This document shows, in pieces, positions 7,453 to 16,827 of a stretch of 64,000 nt of DNA. Location of the stretch: contig JAJDBG010000039.1 of the NCBI GenBank assembly GCA_029261475.1, forward strand, positions 20,271 to 84,270, given 5' to 3'. This DNA is from Nitrospinaceae bacterium. GTDB lineage: Bacteria; Nitrospinota; Nitrospinia; Nitrospinales; VA-1. Made by a program: the position numbers and the translations under genes. Each line of letters starts with the position of its first letter. Position 1 is the stretch's first letter. Below the pieces are notes generated by a model. It was given only the letters and a program-made list of their open reading frames with translations, did not search any database and was not told the origin of the DNA.

Positions 7453-9741
7453 GTGAAATTTTTAAGACAGACCTGCCACATTCAAATCATAGCCTTTATC
7501 CTCGCCCTGCTTGTTTGCATTCTGGCTCAACCTGCCTCTGCCGAGGAAAAAAGCTGGCACTATTGGCAACAGCTCTACAACAACAATCAGGCCAGCAAAG
7601 CAATAATCCCGGAGGAACGTTTTCAATGGCTGATTCGCCCCTTACAAACAAAAGAACTCGAAGTGACGGCAACCTTGCCGGACTATCCTCATATAAAAGT
7701 TTCCGGTTATCGTGGAAATGACAAAGAGCTATGCCTGACCTGCCATGACGGCATTGAAGAGGCCGGCCCCGGACACCCCCTTTCATTCGGGTGCACTGTC
7801 TGCCACGGTGGCAATGGGAATACGGTCATAGCCACCGACGCACACGAAAATTTAATCTACGACCCTGATATTAAAAACGACCGAGGCAACCCTTCCAGTC
7901 TAAAAGTCGCCGCCAAATCATGCGGGCAGTTGTACTGCCATGCCGGGCACGCTAATCCAGACCAAAATCATATCCAGCGCGTCCAAAAATCTATGATGGG
8001 AACTCTGGCTGGAATTTTTTCCGGCTTGCGCTATCAATGGGGTGCCCAGATCGAGAAAACCGCGCGCTACGGTGTCAACTCCGTTGAGGATCAGGATGGC
8101 GAGATGCCATACAGTGAAGGAGCTTTATACAAACTGGACAAGCTGGCCGATTTTCCCACACGAAACCATTCATCATCGCCCCACCCTTCCTCAGGAAAAG
8201 GGCATATAGCAGATTCTCTGCTACGCGGGAAATGCATGCAATGCCATTTAGATAATGCGGGGTCTGGAGAAAATGGATATCGATCGCAAGGCTGTGCCGC
8301 TTGCCATGTCGACTATGAACGCGATGGATTGTATCGAGGCGAAGATCCCACCCAATCCAAAACCAAACCAGGCAAACCTGCATTTCACAAAATAAAAGCT
8401 CTTCCCAGTGGAAAGCTTTGCGTTCAATGCCACCAGACTTATGCAGTATCTCAAAAAAAACCTGAGAAAAATGAAACAGAAAATTTAGAAACAGATGACC
8501 TTATCGATCCCCTGGAAACTCTCCTCGAATTTCAACCGGAAGCCCAACCCTCCGGCTCCATTTTCAGAGTCAATGCGTCTCAACCAATGGAGACAGGTGA
8601 AGGGAAGTTAGATGTTCATTTCCAAAAGGGATTCGACTGCATCGACTGCCACACACAGTTTGACATCATGGGCGACGGCAATATATATTCCAAACAATAT
8701 CAAGCGGTAGAAATCCGATGCGAAACATGCCATGGAGACGACAGTGCCTCGGCTCTAACCGCTCCTGTTTTGGACCCCACAAGCAACGTCATTCGACTCA
8801 GCCGTCATTATAAAAATGGTAGCAATGAAATTGGCGACAGGATGGCCCTCACAGCAAAAAATCGAATGATGAGCAACGTTAAAGAAGAAGAGGGAAGCAT
8901 TGTTGTGTACGAGAAAAACAGCGGTCGCAGACACATCGCACCGCAAATCCAGAATAACTGGGCTCATTCGATTCCCGGTCATTCCAAAAAACTGGAATGC
9001 ACAGCCTGTCATTCGCAATGGACACCCCGATGCGAAGGTTGCCACACCGACCTGGATCAAAGCCTTGCTACGCCAGAAGACCATCTCACCGCTTCCTGGG
9101 GTTCCACTCAATTCAAAATGAAGCTGACCCCACCTGCCTTGATGATCGGTCCACGAAACAAAGTAGCTCCTGCACTGCCACAACCTTCCCGCAGAGCCAC
9201 CTTGCTGGATGAAAAAGGAACCCCTATTCCAGTGATTGATGCCAGAGGGGTTAAAAGTGGAAACTATCTCCAATGGGGATTTTCCAACGCACATGGGCAA
9301 TCCGGTTCCAATCTCGCTTACGCCATGAACCCACACTCTGTACAAAGAAAAGTTCGTTCCTGTGTTGACTGCCACATCAATCCTCAAACGCTGGGACTGG
9401 GTGAAGGAAGTTTGGTTTTGGGAACGAATTCGGCAGGGAGAGATGATAAAGTAGAAGCCATTGATCGCACGGGAAAAATCACACAGAATTCAAAGCATTC
9501 ACCAACAGCTAAGGCTACTGTGAAAGGTAAAATACTGACAGGGACAAACCAACTCACGGCTCGCCCTTTCAATCAAAGGGAAATCACTCGTATTCTAAAA
9601 GTCGGCAATTGCTTGCCCTGTCACGATCAATACAACGACCCAATATTCCAAAACATGACAAAAAGTTACGCTTTCGCAAGCACCGTGGATCACCGAAATC
9701 TACGTCAACGCATTCTCGAATTGGCCCCCACCGCCCCATGA
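7453..9741 (+). CDS. Periplasmic multiheme cytochrome c (11 CXXCH + 1 CX4CH)
   Basis: 762 aa, GTG start, signal peptide (…AQPASA/EE). Heme motifs: CLTCH, CTVCH, CGQLYCH, CMQCH, CAACH, CVQCH, CIDCH, CETCH, CTACH, CEGCH, CVDCH, CLPCH. Confidence 0.9.
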   Translation: MKFLRQTCHIQIIAFILALLVCILAQPASAEEKSWHYWQQLYNNNQASKAIIPEERFQWLIRPLQTKELEVTATLPDYPHIKVSGYRGNDKELCLTCHDGIEEAGPGHPLSFGCTVCHGGNGNTVIATDAHENLIYDPDIKNDRGNPSSLKVAAKSCGQLYCHAGHANPDQNHIQRVQKSMMGTLAGIFSGLRYQWGAQIEKTARYGVNSVEDQDGEMPYSEGALYKLDKLADFPTRNHSSSPHPSSGKGHIADSLLRGKCMQCHLDNAGSGENGYRSQGCAACHVDYERDGLYRGEDPTQSKTKPGKPAFHKIKALPSGKLCVQCHQTYAVSQKKPEKNETENLETDDLIDPLETLLEFQPEAQPSGSIFRVNASQPMETGEGKLDVHFQKGFDCIDCHTQFDIMGDGNIYSKQYQAVEIRCETCHGDDSASALTAPVLDPTSNVIRLSRHYKNGSNEIGDRMALTAKNRMMSNVKEEEGSIVVYEKNSGRRHIAPQIQNNWAHSIPGHSKKLECTACHSQWTPRCEGCHTDLDQSLATPEDHLTASWGSTQFKMKLTPPALMIGPRNKVAPALPQPSRRATLLDEKGTPIPVIDARGVKSGNYLQWGFSNAHGQSGSNLAYAMNPHSVQRKVRSCVDCHINPQTLGLGEGSLVLGTNSAGRDDKVEAIDRTGKITQNSKHSPTAKATVKGKILTGTNQLTARPFNQREITRILKVGNCLPCHDQYNDPIFQNMTKSYAFASTVDHRNLRQRILELAPTAP

Positions 9742-12182
9742 CATTGACCCGTTTTGTATCAACGCTCTTTCTGAGCCTGACCTTATTGCAAACAAACCCG
9801 CTTTTTGCTTGGGACGGCGACACACGCTTATCCAACTCGAATGAAGGAGCACCGCCACTTCTACTCGCTCAAAATTCTCCGATTGGTTTCTGGGACTACC
9901 CAGACGAAACAACAACGGAACCCAAATACGACGGATTCATTCAGGAGTATGAAGAAGCCCCCATTGGCAACGATCCAATCATTGATGAAAACGATATTTT
10001 GCCAACTTATCGCCCTTCTGAAAAGGAAATGGCTCGGCCTGCTCATGAAATAGAAAAACCATTCATTTCACCAGAAGATGTTCTGGCACCTTTTCCATTT
10101 TTACGCGGACCCGGAGGCACTTACCAAAGTATTCTCAAGCCTGGCGTTACCTTGGAGGGTGTCCAATTTGAATCTTATGGAGACTCACGGAAATTCATCG
10201 AAAACTATTATCGTCAATCAAATTTTGCAATCGACGATCTCTACAAAAATATCCAGTTTAAAGATCAGAACACACGATGTCTGCATTGCCATCAAGGAAT
10301 CGAAGCAATCGACAAGAACCACAACTGGAGTTGCAGGAAATGCCACAAGGGCAATTCTCGCAAAAGAAAATTCGAGGCCGCGCACCAAGGCCTTGTCGCC
10401 AATCCTTCGGCACCAGAACATGTAGAACAGTTTTGCGGAAAGTGTCACGCCGATCAGATCGAAAAAATGAATCGATCCGCAAAGTCAACACCCTCGGCAA
10501 TCGCCGACTCGGTGCGTTACGCTTGGGCAATGCCCACACCTGAGCAACCAGAAACCGACCCTGTCACCGAGCCGCTCCTGGATCCCGATGCCCCTGTAAA
10601 ACAGGATACGGAAATAAAACCGGAAATTCAGGTTTCCCCGGCAACGGAAGCCTTTATTCAGTCACAGTGCAGTCAGTGTCATTTAGACTCCAAAGGTTGG
10701 AATCGACCTGGCGACTATAGAGCCAAAGGCTGTGCAGGATGTCACATGATATATGCTAGTGATGGTCGCTCTATGAGCCACGATCTTGCTATCCAACATG
10801 TTCAGCGCAAAGAAATCGTCAATCGTTCCAATCGCTTTCTTAAAAAATACGCAGATCAAAGTCAGACCAACCCACGCGGATTTCCGCTGATGCACAAATT
10901 CACCCAAGCCATTCCCAGTCTGCAATGCGAAACCTGCCACAGCCAAAACGGTGTTGGATCTGAATACGAAGGACGGTTTGCCAAAGCGACTTTAGAATCC
11001 AGCAAAGCAGTCGAAGGTGAAAAACCTGTTTTACATGGACGAGAACATCAATTCCTATTGCCCGACATACATCAGGAACGCGGCATGCATTGCATCGACT
11101 GCCATACAGGAGATGAAATCAAATCCGCTCCTTCCATGGAAAATCGAATTCATTGCGAAGATTGCCATGGCACACATCTTCAACAACCAGAGTCGTTTCT
11201 TCTCACAGCGAACGACCCTAAAGCAAAAGATATATTGAAGAAAATTTCCAAGACAATCCATCTCGCAAATAAAATAAAAAAAGAAGATACCCTGCTCGCT
11301 ACCTCAACCGGTCGCGTCCTCAACCATATCAGAAAAGAAAAAAAGGGCTGGGCTCTCTATTCCAAAGTAACGGGACGCCGCCACATGATTCCCTTATTGA
11401 TAGACTCTGAAGTTCCCGTAGGCCATCGCCCAACAGCACATATGGAAACCATTGAATGCCACGCCTGCCATGCACGCTGGAGCGCAAGCGAATGGGGCTT
11501 GAACGTACCGCAGGCGCAGGCAAACTCGGTCACACCAGAAAATCATGCTACAAAAGCGGCCAATTCATTTGTAGAAACCGCCTGGAACGTTATGATCCTT
11601 GGGAAAAATGAGCGTGGAAAATATTCCGTAATGAAACCACATTACCAATATTTTTTAAAAGAATCGGACACCGCAAACTCCAAACTTCAGCCATCCCAAA
11701 CACAAGATGGCAAACCCGGTCTTCTCATGCGAGCCTACGCCCCACATACTATAAGAAAAAATGCCCGACCTTGTGAAAGTTGCCACCAAAACTCATTGGC
11801 CGTGGGTCTCGGTGACCCTACAATGAAAAGTATTGCCAGCAACGCATCCCATGCAGATCCCAATTACGACCCGGCATTTCAAATCAAACAAATGATCACC
11901 CCTGAAGGAGAAGCCCTGCAAACACCTTACCCACCAGGGCTGACACGTTTTCTCACGGCAGAAGAAGCCATGTCTTTATTAGGGACTTCCGACACCTATC
12001 GCGCCTTACGCTTTTTAAGCCTGAAGGAATCACAATTCCCTCGGCTTTTACAAAGAACCGAATTTCCTTATGACACGCGTCGTCGCGTAAAAGAAAATCA
12101 ACTCGAGCGAGAACTGGAACTACTCAAGGAACAAAGATCAGAAAGCAACTTCCCAAATACGCAAGAAGGAGGTTTCCCATGA
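9738..12182 (+). CDS. Periplasmic multiheme cytochrome c (10 CXXCH), paralogue of the preceding gene
   Basis: The ATG at 9738 overlaps the upstream stop (ATGA) and is followed by signal peptide MTLTRFVSTLFLSLTLLQTNPLFA. Ten CXXCH motifs are collinear with those of 7453-9741. The ORF-track start at 9609 is rejected. Confidence 0.9.
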   Translation: MTLTRFVSTLFLSLTLLQTNPLFAWDGDTRLSNSNEGAPPLLLAQNSPIGFWDYPDETTTEPKYDGFIQEYEEAPIGNDPIIDENDILPTYRPSEKEMARPAHEIEKPFISPEDVLAPFPFLRGPGGTYQSILKPGVTLEGVQFESYGDSRKFIENYYRQSNFAIDDLYKNIQFKDQNTRCLHCHQGIEAIDKNHNWSCRKCHKGNSRKRKFEAAHQGLVANPSAPEHVEQFCGKCHADQIEKMNRSAKSTPSAIADSVRYAWAMPTPEQPETDPVTEPLLDPDAPVKQDTEIKPEIQVSPATEAFIQSQCSQCHLDSKGWNRPGDYRAKGCAGCHMIYASDGRSMSHDLAIQHVQRKEIVNRSNRFLKKYADQSQTNPRGFPLMHKFTQAIPSLQCETCHSQNGVGSEYEGRFAKATLESSKAVEGEKPVLHGREHQFLLPDIHQERGMHCIDCHTGDEIKSAPSMENRIHCEDCHGTHLQQPESFLLTANDPKAKDILKKISKTIHLANKIKKEDTLLATSTGRVLNHIRKEKKGWALYSKVTGRRHMIPLLIDSEVPVGHRPTAHMETIECHACHARWSASEWGLNVPQAQANSVTPENHATKAANSFVETAWNVMILGKNERGKYSVMKPHYQYFLKESDTANSKLQPSQTQDGKPGLLMRAYAPHTIRKNARPCESCHQNSLAVGLGDPTMKSIASNASHADPNYDPAFQIKQMITPEGEALQTPYPPGLTRFLTAEEAMSLLGTSDTYRALRFLSLKESQFPRLLQRTEFPYDTRRRVKENQLERELELLKEQRSESNFPNTQEGGFP

Positions 12183-12835
12183 TCCTACTTCGAGCATTGG
12201 TTGCGTTGGCGATCTTATGGACAACAAACGCACACGCAGACATCAACCTGTTAAAAGAAAACAAATGCGATCAGTGTCACCGTGTATCCATCAGCGACGA
12301 CGAAAAAAATGAGGCTCCCGATCTTTTTTACGCAGGCGAGAAATTTCAAGAATCCTGGTTGCGGGAGTTTTTAACAAATCCTAACAACATTCGCCCAAAT
12401 GGCTACAGCGGCCGAAATGATTTTCCAAAAGCCATTGAGCCTAAAGCGCACCCGGCATTAAATGCAAAAGTCGCTGATGCAGTCGCCAATGTTCTTTTGA
12501 CGCTCAAACTCCAACCCGCAGGAAAATCAATTGAGTTTGGAGAACCTTTGACGCGGGGTAAAAAAGTTCGCGCAAAAATTCTGTTTGAAAGGAATTTTAG
12601 TTGCAGTGCCTGTCATAAAGGCATCAACCTTGCCAGAAAACCTCACGGTGGAGTATCGGGACCGTCCCTTTTCAATGCAGGCAATCGTTTGCAACAACAA
12701 TGGATTTTTGACTGGCTGAAATCACCAGAAAAATATCGTAAAAAAGGCAGAATGCCACGTTTTCAACTCGACGACGAAACCGCTATCAAACTCGTCAAAT
12801 ACATAATGACCCTTAAAAAGGAAAATATGAAATGA
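12179..12835 (+). CDS. Diheme class I cytochrome c
   Basis: 218 aa with signal peptide. Two domains, each with CXXCH (CDQCH, CSACH). ATGA overlap with the upstream gene. Confidence 0.85.
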   Translation: MILLRALVALAILWTTNAHADINLLKENKCDQCHRVSISDDEKNEAPDLFYAGEKFQESWLREFLTNPNNIRPNGYSGRNDFPKAIEPKAHPALNAKVADAVANVLLTLKLQPAGKSIEFGEPLTRGKKVRAKILFERNFSCSACHKGINLARKPHGGVSGPSLFNAGNRLQQQWIFDWLKSPEKYRKKGRMPRFQLDDETAIKLVKYIMTLKKENMK

Positions 12836-13299
12836 CGAAAACATGGCAAAAGATTTTCGGGCTGAGTTTTCTTCTACTGTTTACCAATACCGCTTGCACG
12901 AGTGACACGGAAGAATCGGCTTTGAACGAACCACCACCCATCGTTGCCGAGCCCCCAGCGGCGGAGCCTTACGTCCCAGCACCAGAAGAAGCTAAGCCCG
13001 TACAGGTTACACAAAAAACACGCGACACTTACCAATGGTATTGTTCTCAATGTCATGGTGTTGAGGGTAAAGGTGATGGAATGAATGCACTTCACTTGGC
13101 TGTGCCACCCCGCAATCATACCAAAGCCGACTATCTCGGCACGCGAACCAACCAGCATTTGTTTGATGCTATCAAGTTAGGTGGACTTGCTGTTGGCCGC
13201 GCCCCCTGTATGCCTGCTTGGGGCAACACCCTCGCGGACGAGGAAATCACAGGACTCGTCAACTACATCCGTGAATTGTGCCAGTGCGAAGGGGCCTGA
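12832..13299 (+). CDS. Monoheme class I cytochrome c, probable lipoprotein
   Basis: 155 aa. Lipobox-like LFTNTAC, Pro/Ala-rich linker, CSQCH and a distal MPAWG Met-ligand region. ATGA overlap with the upstream gene. Confidence 0.8.
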   Translation: MTKTWQKIFGLSFLLLFTNTACTSDTEESALNEPPPIVAEPPAAEPYVPAPEEAKPVQVTQKTRDTYQWYCSQCHGVEGKGDGMNALHLAVPPRNHTKADYLGTRTNQHLFDAIKLGGLAVGRAPCMPAWGNTLADEEITGLVNYIRELCQCEGA

Positions 13300-13384
13300 C
13301 AAAACACAGAAAATTCACTTCCAGCTTGAGTCGTTCCTAAAGACTAATTTTGCAATTTCAAAGAGTTCTCCAAAGAGGTTTATA

Positions 13385-14680
13385 ATGGTAGAAGTCGTTC
13401 CTTTTAAGGGTCTGTTGTACAACCCAAAAAAAACAGGACCTTTCAGTCAAGTCGTCGCTCCACCCTACGATGTCATCTCCCCTGCAATGCAGGAAGAGCT
13501 TTACAAAAAAAATCCATACAATATTGTGCGCCTGATATTGAACAAGGAAACAGCCGAAGACACCAAAGATTCGAATCGTTACACCCGCTCTGCCACTCTC
13601 TATCAGCAATGGTTAAAAGAAAATGCGCTGACACAAGATAGTGAACCCTGTTTTTACATCTATCAACAGGAATACGATTTTGAGGGAAACAGAAATATCC
13701 GGATCGGAGTTTTTGCTCGTGTTCGCATAGAGGATTTTTCCAAAGGCAATATCTGCCCGCATGAATTCACCCTGTCCAAAGCCAAACAAGACCGCTCCGC
13801 CTTACTGCGTACTTGCAAAGCCAACTTCAGCCCTATTTTTGGACTGTATTCTGATCCCGAAAAGACCAGTGACCAGATTTTTGAACAAGTAGCTAAATCG
13901 ACTCCTTTAGCCGAAATAGAGGATCAGGGCGTGGTTCATCGTTTCTGGAAATCAGACGATCCTGTTATTACAGAGACACTCAGCGGGCTATTCAAAGATA
14001 AAAAAATTGTCATCGCCGACGGTCATCATCGCTATGAGACAGCCCTTGCTTATCACAACGAAAATAGTGCTCATGTTCTCGACTCGGCTCATGTCATGAT
14101 GTTTTTGACCAATCTTGAGTCTGAATCCCTTACGGTGTACCCGATACACCGCATGATAAAAACACCAGAACCCTTTGACCTTGGCGACTTCTTAAAAAAA
14201 GCGAGCCAACACTTTAATATTTGCCCTCTTTCTTTAAAAGAACCACGCGATGTTGAAATCAAACAAATATTGGAACAGGAAGGCAGTGGGTCGGGGACTT
14301 TCTGTGCTTACATCGGCAATGGAGAAGCCTACTTGCTGAAAGTTAAAAACCCCGACAATATTCTGCCCTTGCTTTCCAGCGAAGAGTCTCCCGAGCTTAA
14401 AGCATTGGATGTCGCACAACTGCATGCACTTGCCATCAAGGCAATTTTAGGAATCGACACCAAAAATCCTGACAATCAAAACTATGTAACCTATAATGCA
14501 AACCGTGCTGAAACTGTGCAACGAATCGATACAGGCGAATTTGATCTAGCGTTCTTTCTAAATCCCACTCCTGTTTCAGAGGTGCGACGCTTGGCTGAAT
14601 CGGGAGTTCGTCTGCCACAGAAAGCCACTTACTTCTACCCCAAGCTTCTTTCTGGTTTGGTTATAAACCCATTCAATTAA
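13385..14680 (+). CDS. DUF1015 family protein
   Basis: Starts MVEVVPFKGLLYNP and contains ADGHHRYETALAY, as I recall for DUF1015. The ORF-track extension to 13181 overlaps the cytochrome gene and is rejected. Confidence 0.7.
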   Translation: MVEVVPFKGLLYNPKKTGPFSQVVAPPYDVISPAMQEELYKKNPYNIVRLILNKETAEDTKDSNRYTRSATLYQQWLKENALTQDSEPCFYIYQQEYDFEGNRNIRIGVFARVRIEDFSKGNICPHEFTLSKAKQDRSALLRTCKANFSPIFGLYSDPEKTSDQIFEQVAKSTPLAEIEDQGVVHRFWKSDDPVITETLSGLFKDKKIVIADGHHRYETALAYHNENSAHVLDSAHVMMFLTNLESESLTVYPIHRMIKTPEPFDLGDFLKKASQHFNICPLSLKEPRDVEIKQILEQEGSGSGTFCAYIGNGEAYLLKVKNPDNILPLLSSEESPELKALDVAQLHALAIKAILGIDTKNPDNQNYVTYNANRAETVQRIDTGEFDLAFFLNPTPVSEVRRLAESGVRLPQKATYFYPKLLSGLVINPFN

Positions 14681-15336
14681 TGAAAATCATTTCGGCAGAA
14701 TACATCGCATCAGCAGTCAATAACGAGCAATGCCCGCAAGCGTCACTGAGCGAAGTTGCCTTCGTCGGTCGCTCCAATGTGGGCAAATCGTCACTCATCA
14801 ATTCTCTACTCAACCGAAAGAAGCTGGTAAAAACCAGCTCGGTTCCTGGAAAAACGCAGACGATTAATTTTTTCAATATAAACAATGCCTTTTATTTCGC
14901 CGACTTGCCAGGCTATGGTTTCGCTAAAGTTCCTGCGGCAGTGCAACGCACATGGCGTAAAATGATCGAAGACTACCTCCTCGAACGGGAAACCCTCAGA
15001 GGTGTCATCTTTATTCTGGATATGAGAAGAAAACCCGGGCCTCTCGATATTGGCCTCAAAGAGTGGCTCGAAACTAACGATATCCCTTATATTTTAACGA
15101 TCACCAAAGCGGACAAGGTCCCACAATCAAAGAGGAAAAAGCAAATACGAGCGATTCTGGATGGAATGGGGATGGAAGGTGCTTCCACAAAAGAAGTGAT
15201 TATATATTCAAGCAAAGCGCGGCTTGGAAGGAAAGAGCTTTGGGCCAGTCTATATTCAATGATGGGAGAAGATGCTTCATCTCCCCAGTCGCAGGAAACT
15301 ACGACCGGAGAGTATGAAGAAGAAATTGAGGCTTAA
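14680..15336 (+). CDS. engB: Ribosome biogenesis GTP-binding protein YihA/EngB
   Basis: P-loop GRSNVGKSSLIN, DLPGYG (G3) and TKADK (G4). TAATG overlap with the upstream gene. Confidence 0.9.
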   Translation: MKIISAEYIASAVNNEQCPQASLSEVAFVGRSNVGKSSLINSLLNRKKLVKTSSVPGKTQTINFFNINNAFYFADLPGYGFAKVPAAVQRTWRKMIEDYLLERETLRGVIFILDMRRKPGPLDIGLKEWLETNDIPYILTITKADKVPQSKRKKQIRAILDGMGMEGASTKEVIIYSSKARLGRKELWASLYSMMGEDASSPQSQETTTGEYEEEIEA

Positions 15337-15659
15337 CCCCACATCGCTTCGGGGATTTCCAAACGCTCTACCTTTTTTCCTTGTACGATATGCTGGTCGA
15401 GAATCTCGTCCACATCTTCAGGCGTAACTTTGCTATACCAAACGCCATCAGGATAAACAACAACGGCTGGTCCCATGCTACAAGGGCCTAAGCAGGTCGA
15501 TCCGGTCACAAAAACTTTACCGAACAGGCCTCGTTGCTCCAATCCCATGTCGATTTTATTCAGAACTTCGCGGCTTCCACTCTGTCCACAAGAACCCTTG
15601 GGATGGCCGGGAGGCCGTTCGTTGGTACAAACAAAAATATGATAATTTGGTTTTGCCAT
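15333..15659 (-). CDS. Thioredoxin-like [2Fe-2S] ferredoxin
   Basis: 108 aa. Cys pattern FVCTN...GSCGQ...STCLGPCSMGPAVVVYPDGVWY is typical of thioredoxin-fold 2Fe-2S ferredoxins. Confidence 0.75.
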   Translation of the reverse strand: MAKPNYHIFVCTNERPPGHPKGSCGQSGSREVLNKIDMGLEQRGLFGKVFVTGSTCLGPCSMGPAVVVYPDGVWYSKVTPEDVDEILDQHIVQGKKVERLEIPEAMWG

Positions 15660-15744
15660 GTTTCTCCTCTTTCAGTATGGATTAATCATTTAGGTTAAGA
15701 TGCGAAACTATTGAATAGGTTTTTTAAAAATAACTTCTTTGCTC

Positions 15745-16800
15745 ATGCAAACTACTTTTCCAACATCTGCAAATTTTGATGCGCCTTATATTGAGGAAAC
15801 TCTGAAGGATATTTTCGGATATTCGCCAGACAAACTTCAAGTTTTTTCAATGACTGGAGATGCCTCCGACCGGAGATATTTCCGAGTGTCCTTTGCTCGA
15901 ACCGACGGCGAGCCCCATTCCATTGTTGTCATGCAATTATCGGCTCCTATTGCCAGCGAAGACAACGATTCTATACGGATTTCGCATTATTTGCAAAACA
16001 TCAAATTACGAGTGCCGCAAATCCATAAGGTCGATAGAAAAATCGGACTTTTATTTCTAGAAGATTGTGGTGATAAAACTTTGGAGGACCAGCTTCTCTC
16101 AACACCTCATGAAAAAGAAAAGCTCTATTCCAATGCAATTTCCGAATTGGTCCAATTGCAAATTCGAGCCAATCCTGAAGGCGCAACTTTTACAAGAAGC
16201 TTTGATATTGAAAAGCTGATGTGGGAAATGGAGTTCATGCTTTCACATTATGTTGAAGGTCTTCTACAAACACCCTTATCCCAAACACAGCGAGAAGAGT
16301 GGATCAAAGAACTTTTGCCCATATGCGAACTACTGTCTACCCAGCCGCAATACTTTGTGCATCGCGATTTCCATTCGCGTAATCTGATGGTCCAAAATGA
16401 TGAATTGGTTTGGATCGATTTTCAGGATGCTCGGCTGGGACCTTGCCAGTACGATCTTGCCTCGCTCTTGAGAGACTCTTATGTGGTGCTCGATGAAAAG
16501 TTCCGGCTGAAAATGATCGATCTGTTTCTGGAACTACATTCAGAACATGGAACATCCTTTGTACGCGAAGATTTTCTAAAGGTTTTTGATTGGATGTCCA
16601 TTCAGCGAAACCTAAAGGCAATAGGAACCTTTGCCTTTCAAAAACGCGAAAAAAATTCCGACCGATATTTGCAGTACATCGAGCCAACCCTGAATTATGT
16701 GCGTGAAGCACTGGACCGCAGACCCGAGCTTTCGGGTCTCTATCGCTTATTGCAACAAGCAACACCTTTAGGCAACAAAGCAGTTTGTGACAATCTTTAA
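15745..16800 (+). CDS. Phosphotransferase (APH/choline-kinase-like) family protein, AmgK-like candidate
   Basis: Catalytic HRDFHSRNLM and IDFQDARLGPCQYDLASLLRD motifs. The ATG at 15745 is preferred over the TTG at 15739. Confidence 0.65.
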   Translation: MQTTFPTSANFDAPYIEETLKDIFGYSPDKLQVFSMTGDASDRRYFRVSFARTDGEPHSIVVMQLSAPIASEDNDSIRISHYLQNIKLRVPQIHKVDRKIGLLFLEDCGDKTLEDQLLSTPHEKEKLYSNAISELVQLQIRANPEGATFTRSFDIEKLMWEMEFMLSHYVEGLLQTPLSQTQREEWIKELLPICELLSTQPQYFVHRDFHSRNLMVQNDELVWIDFQDARLGPCQYDLASLLRDSYVVLDEKFRLKMIDLFLELHSEHGTSFVREDFLKVFDWMSIQRNLKAIGTFAFQKREKNSDRYLQYIEPTLNYVREALDRRPELSGLYRLLQQATPLGNKAVCDNL

Positions 16801-16827
16801 CCTCTGACTCTGGCAGAATCTTTAATA

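Noticed and set aside
8755-9387. 210-aa minus-strand ORF antisense to the first multiheme cytochrome. Similar long antisense ORFs occur at 4618-5181, 16337-16765, 17161-17652 and 35017-35442.
   Set aside because: These are shadow ORFs on the opposite strand of genes with strong family evidence. They have no motifs and odd composition.
9609-9737. N-terminal 43-codon extension of the second multiheme cytochrome ORF, as given in the ORF track
   Set aside because: It lies entirely inside the upstream cytochrome gene. The ATG at 9738 gives an ATGA stop/start overlap and is immediately followed by a normal signal peptide.
13181-13384. 68-codon extension of the DUF1015 ORF overlapping the monoheme cytochrome gene
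   Set aside because: The extension has no family-like sequence. The conserved DUF1015 N-terminus (MVEVVPFKG...) begins at 13385.
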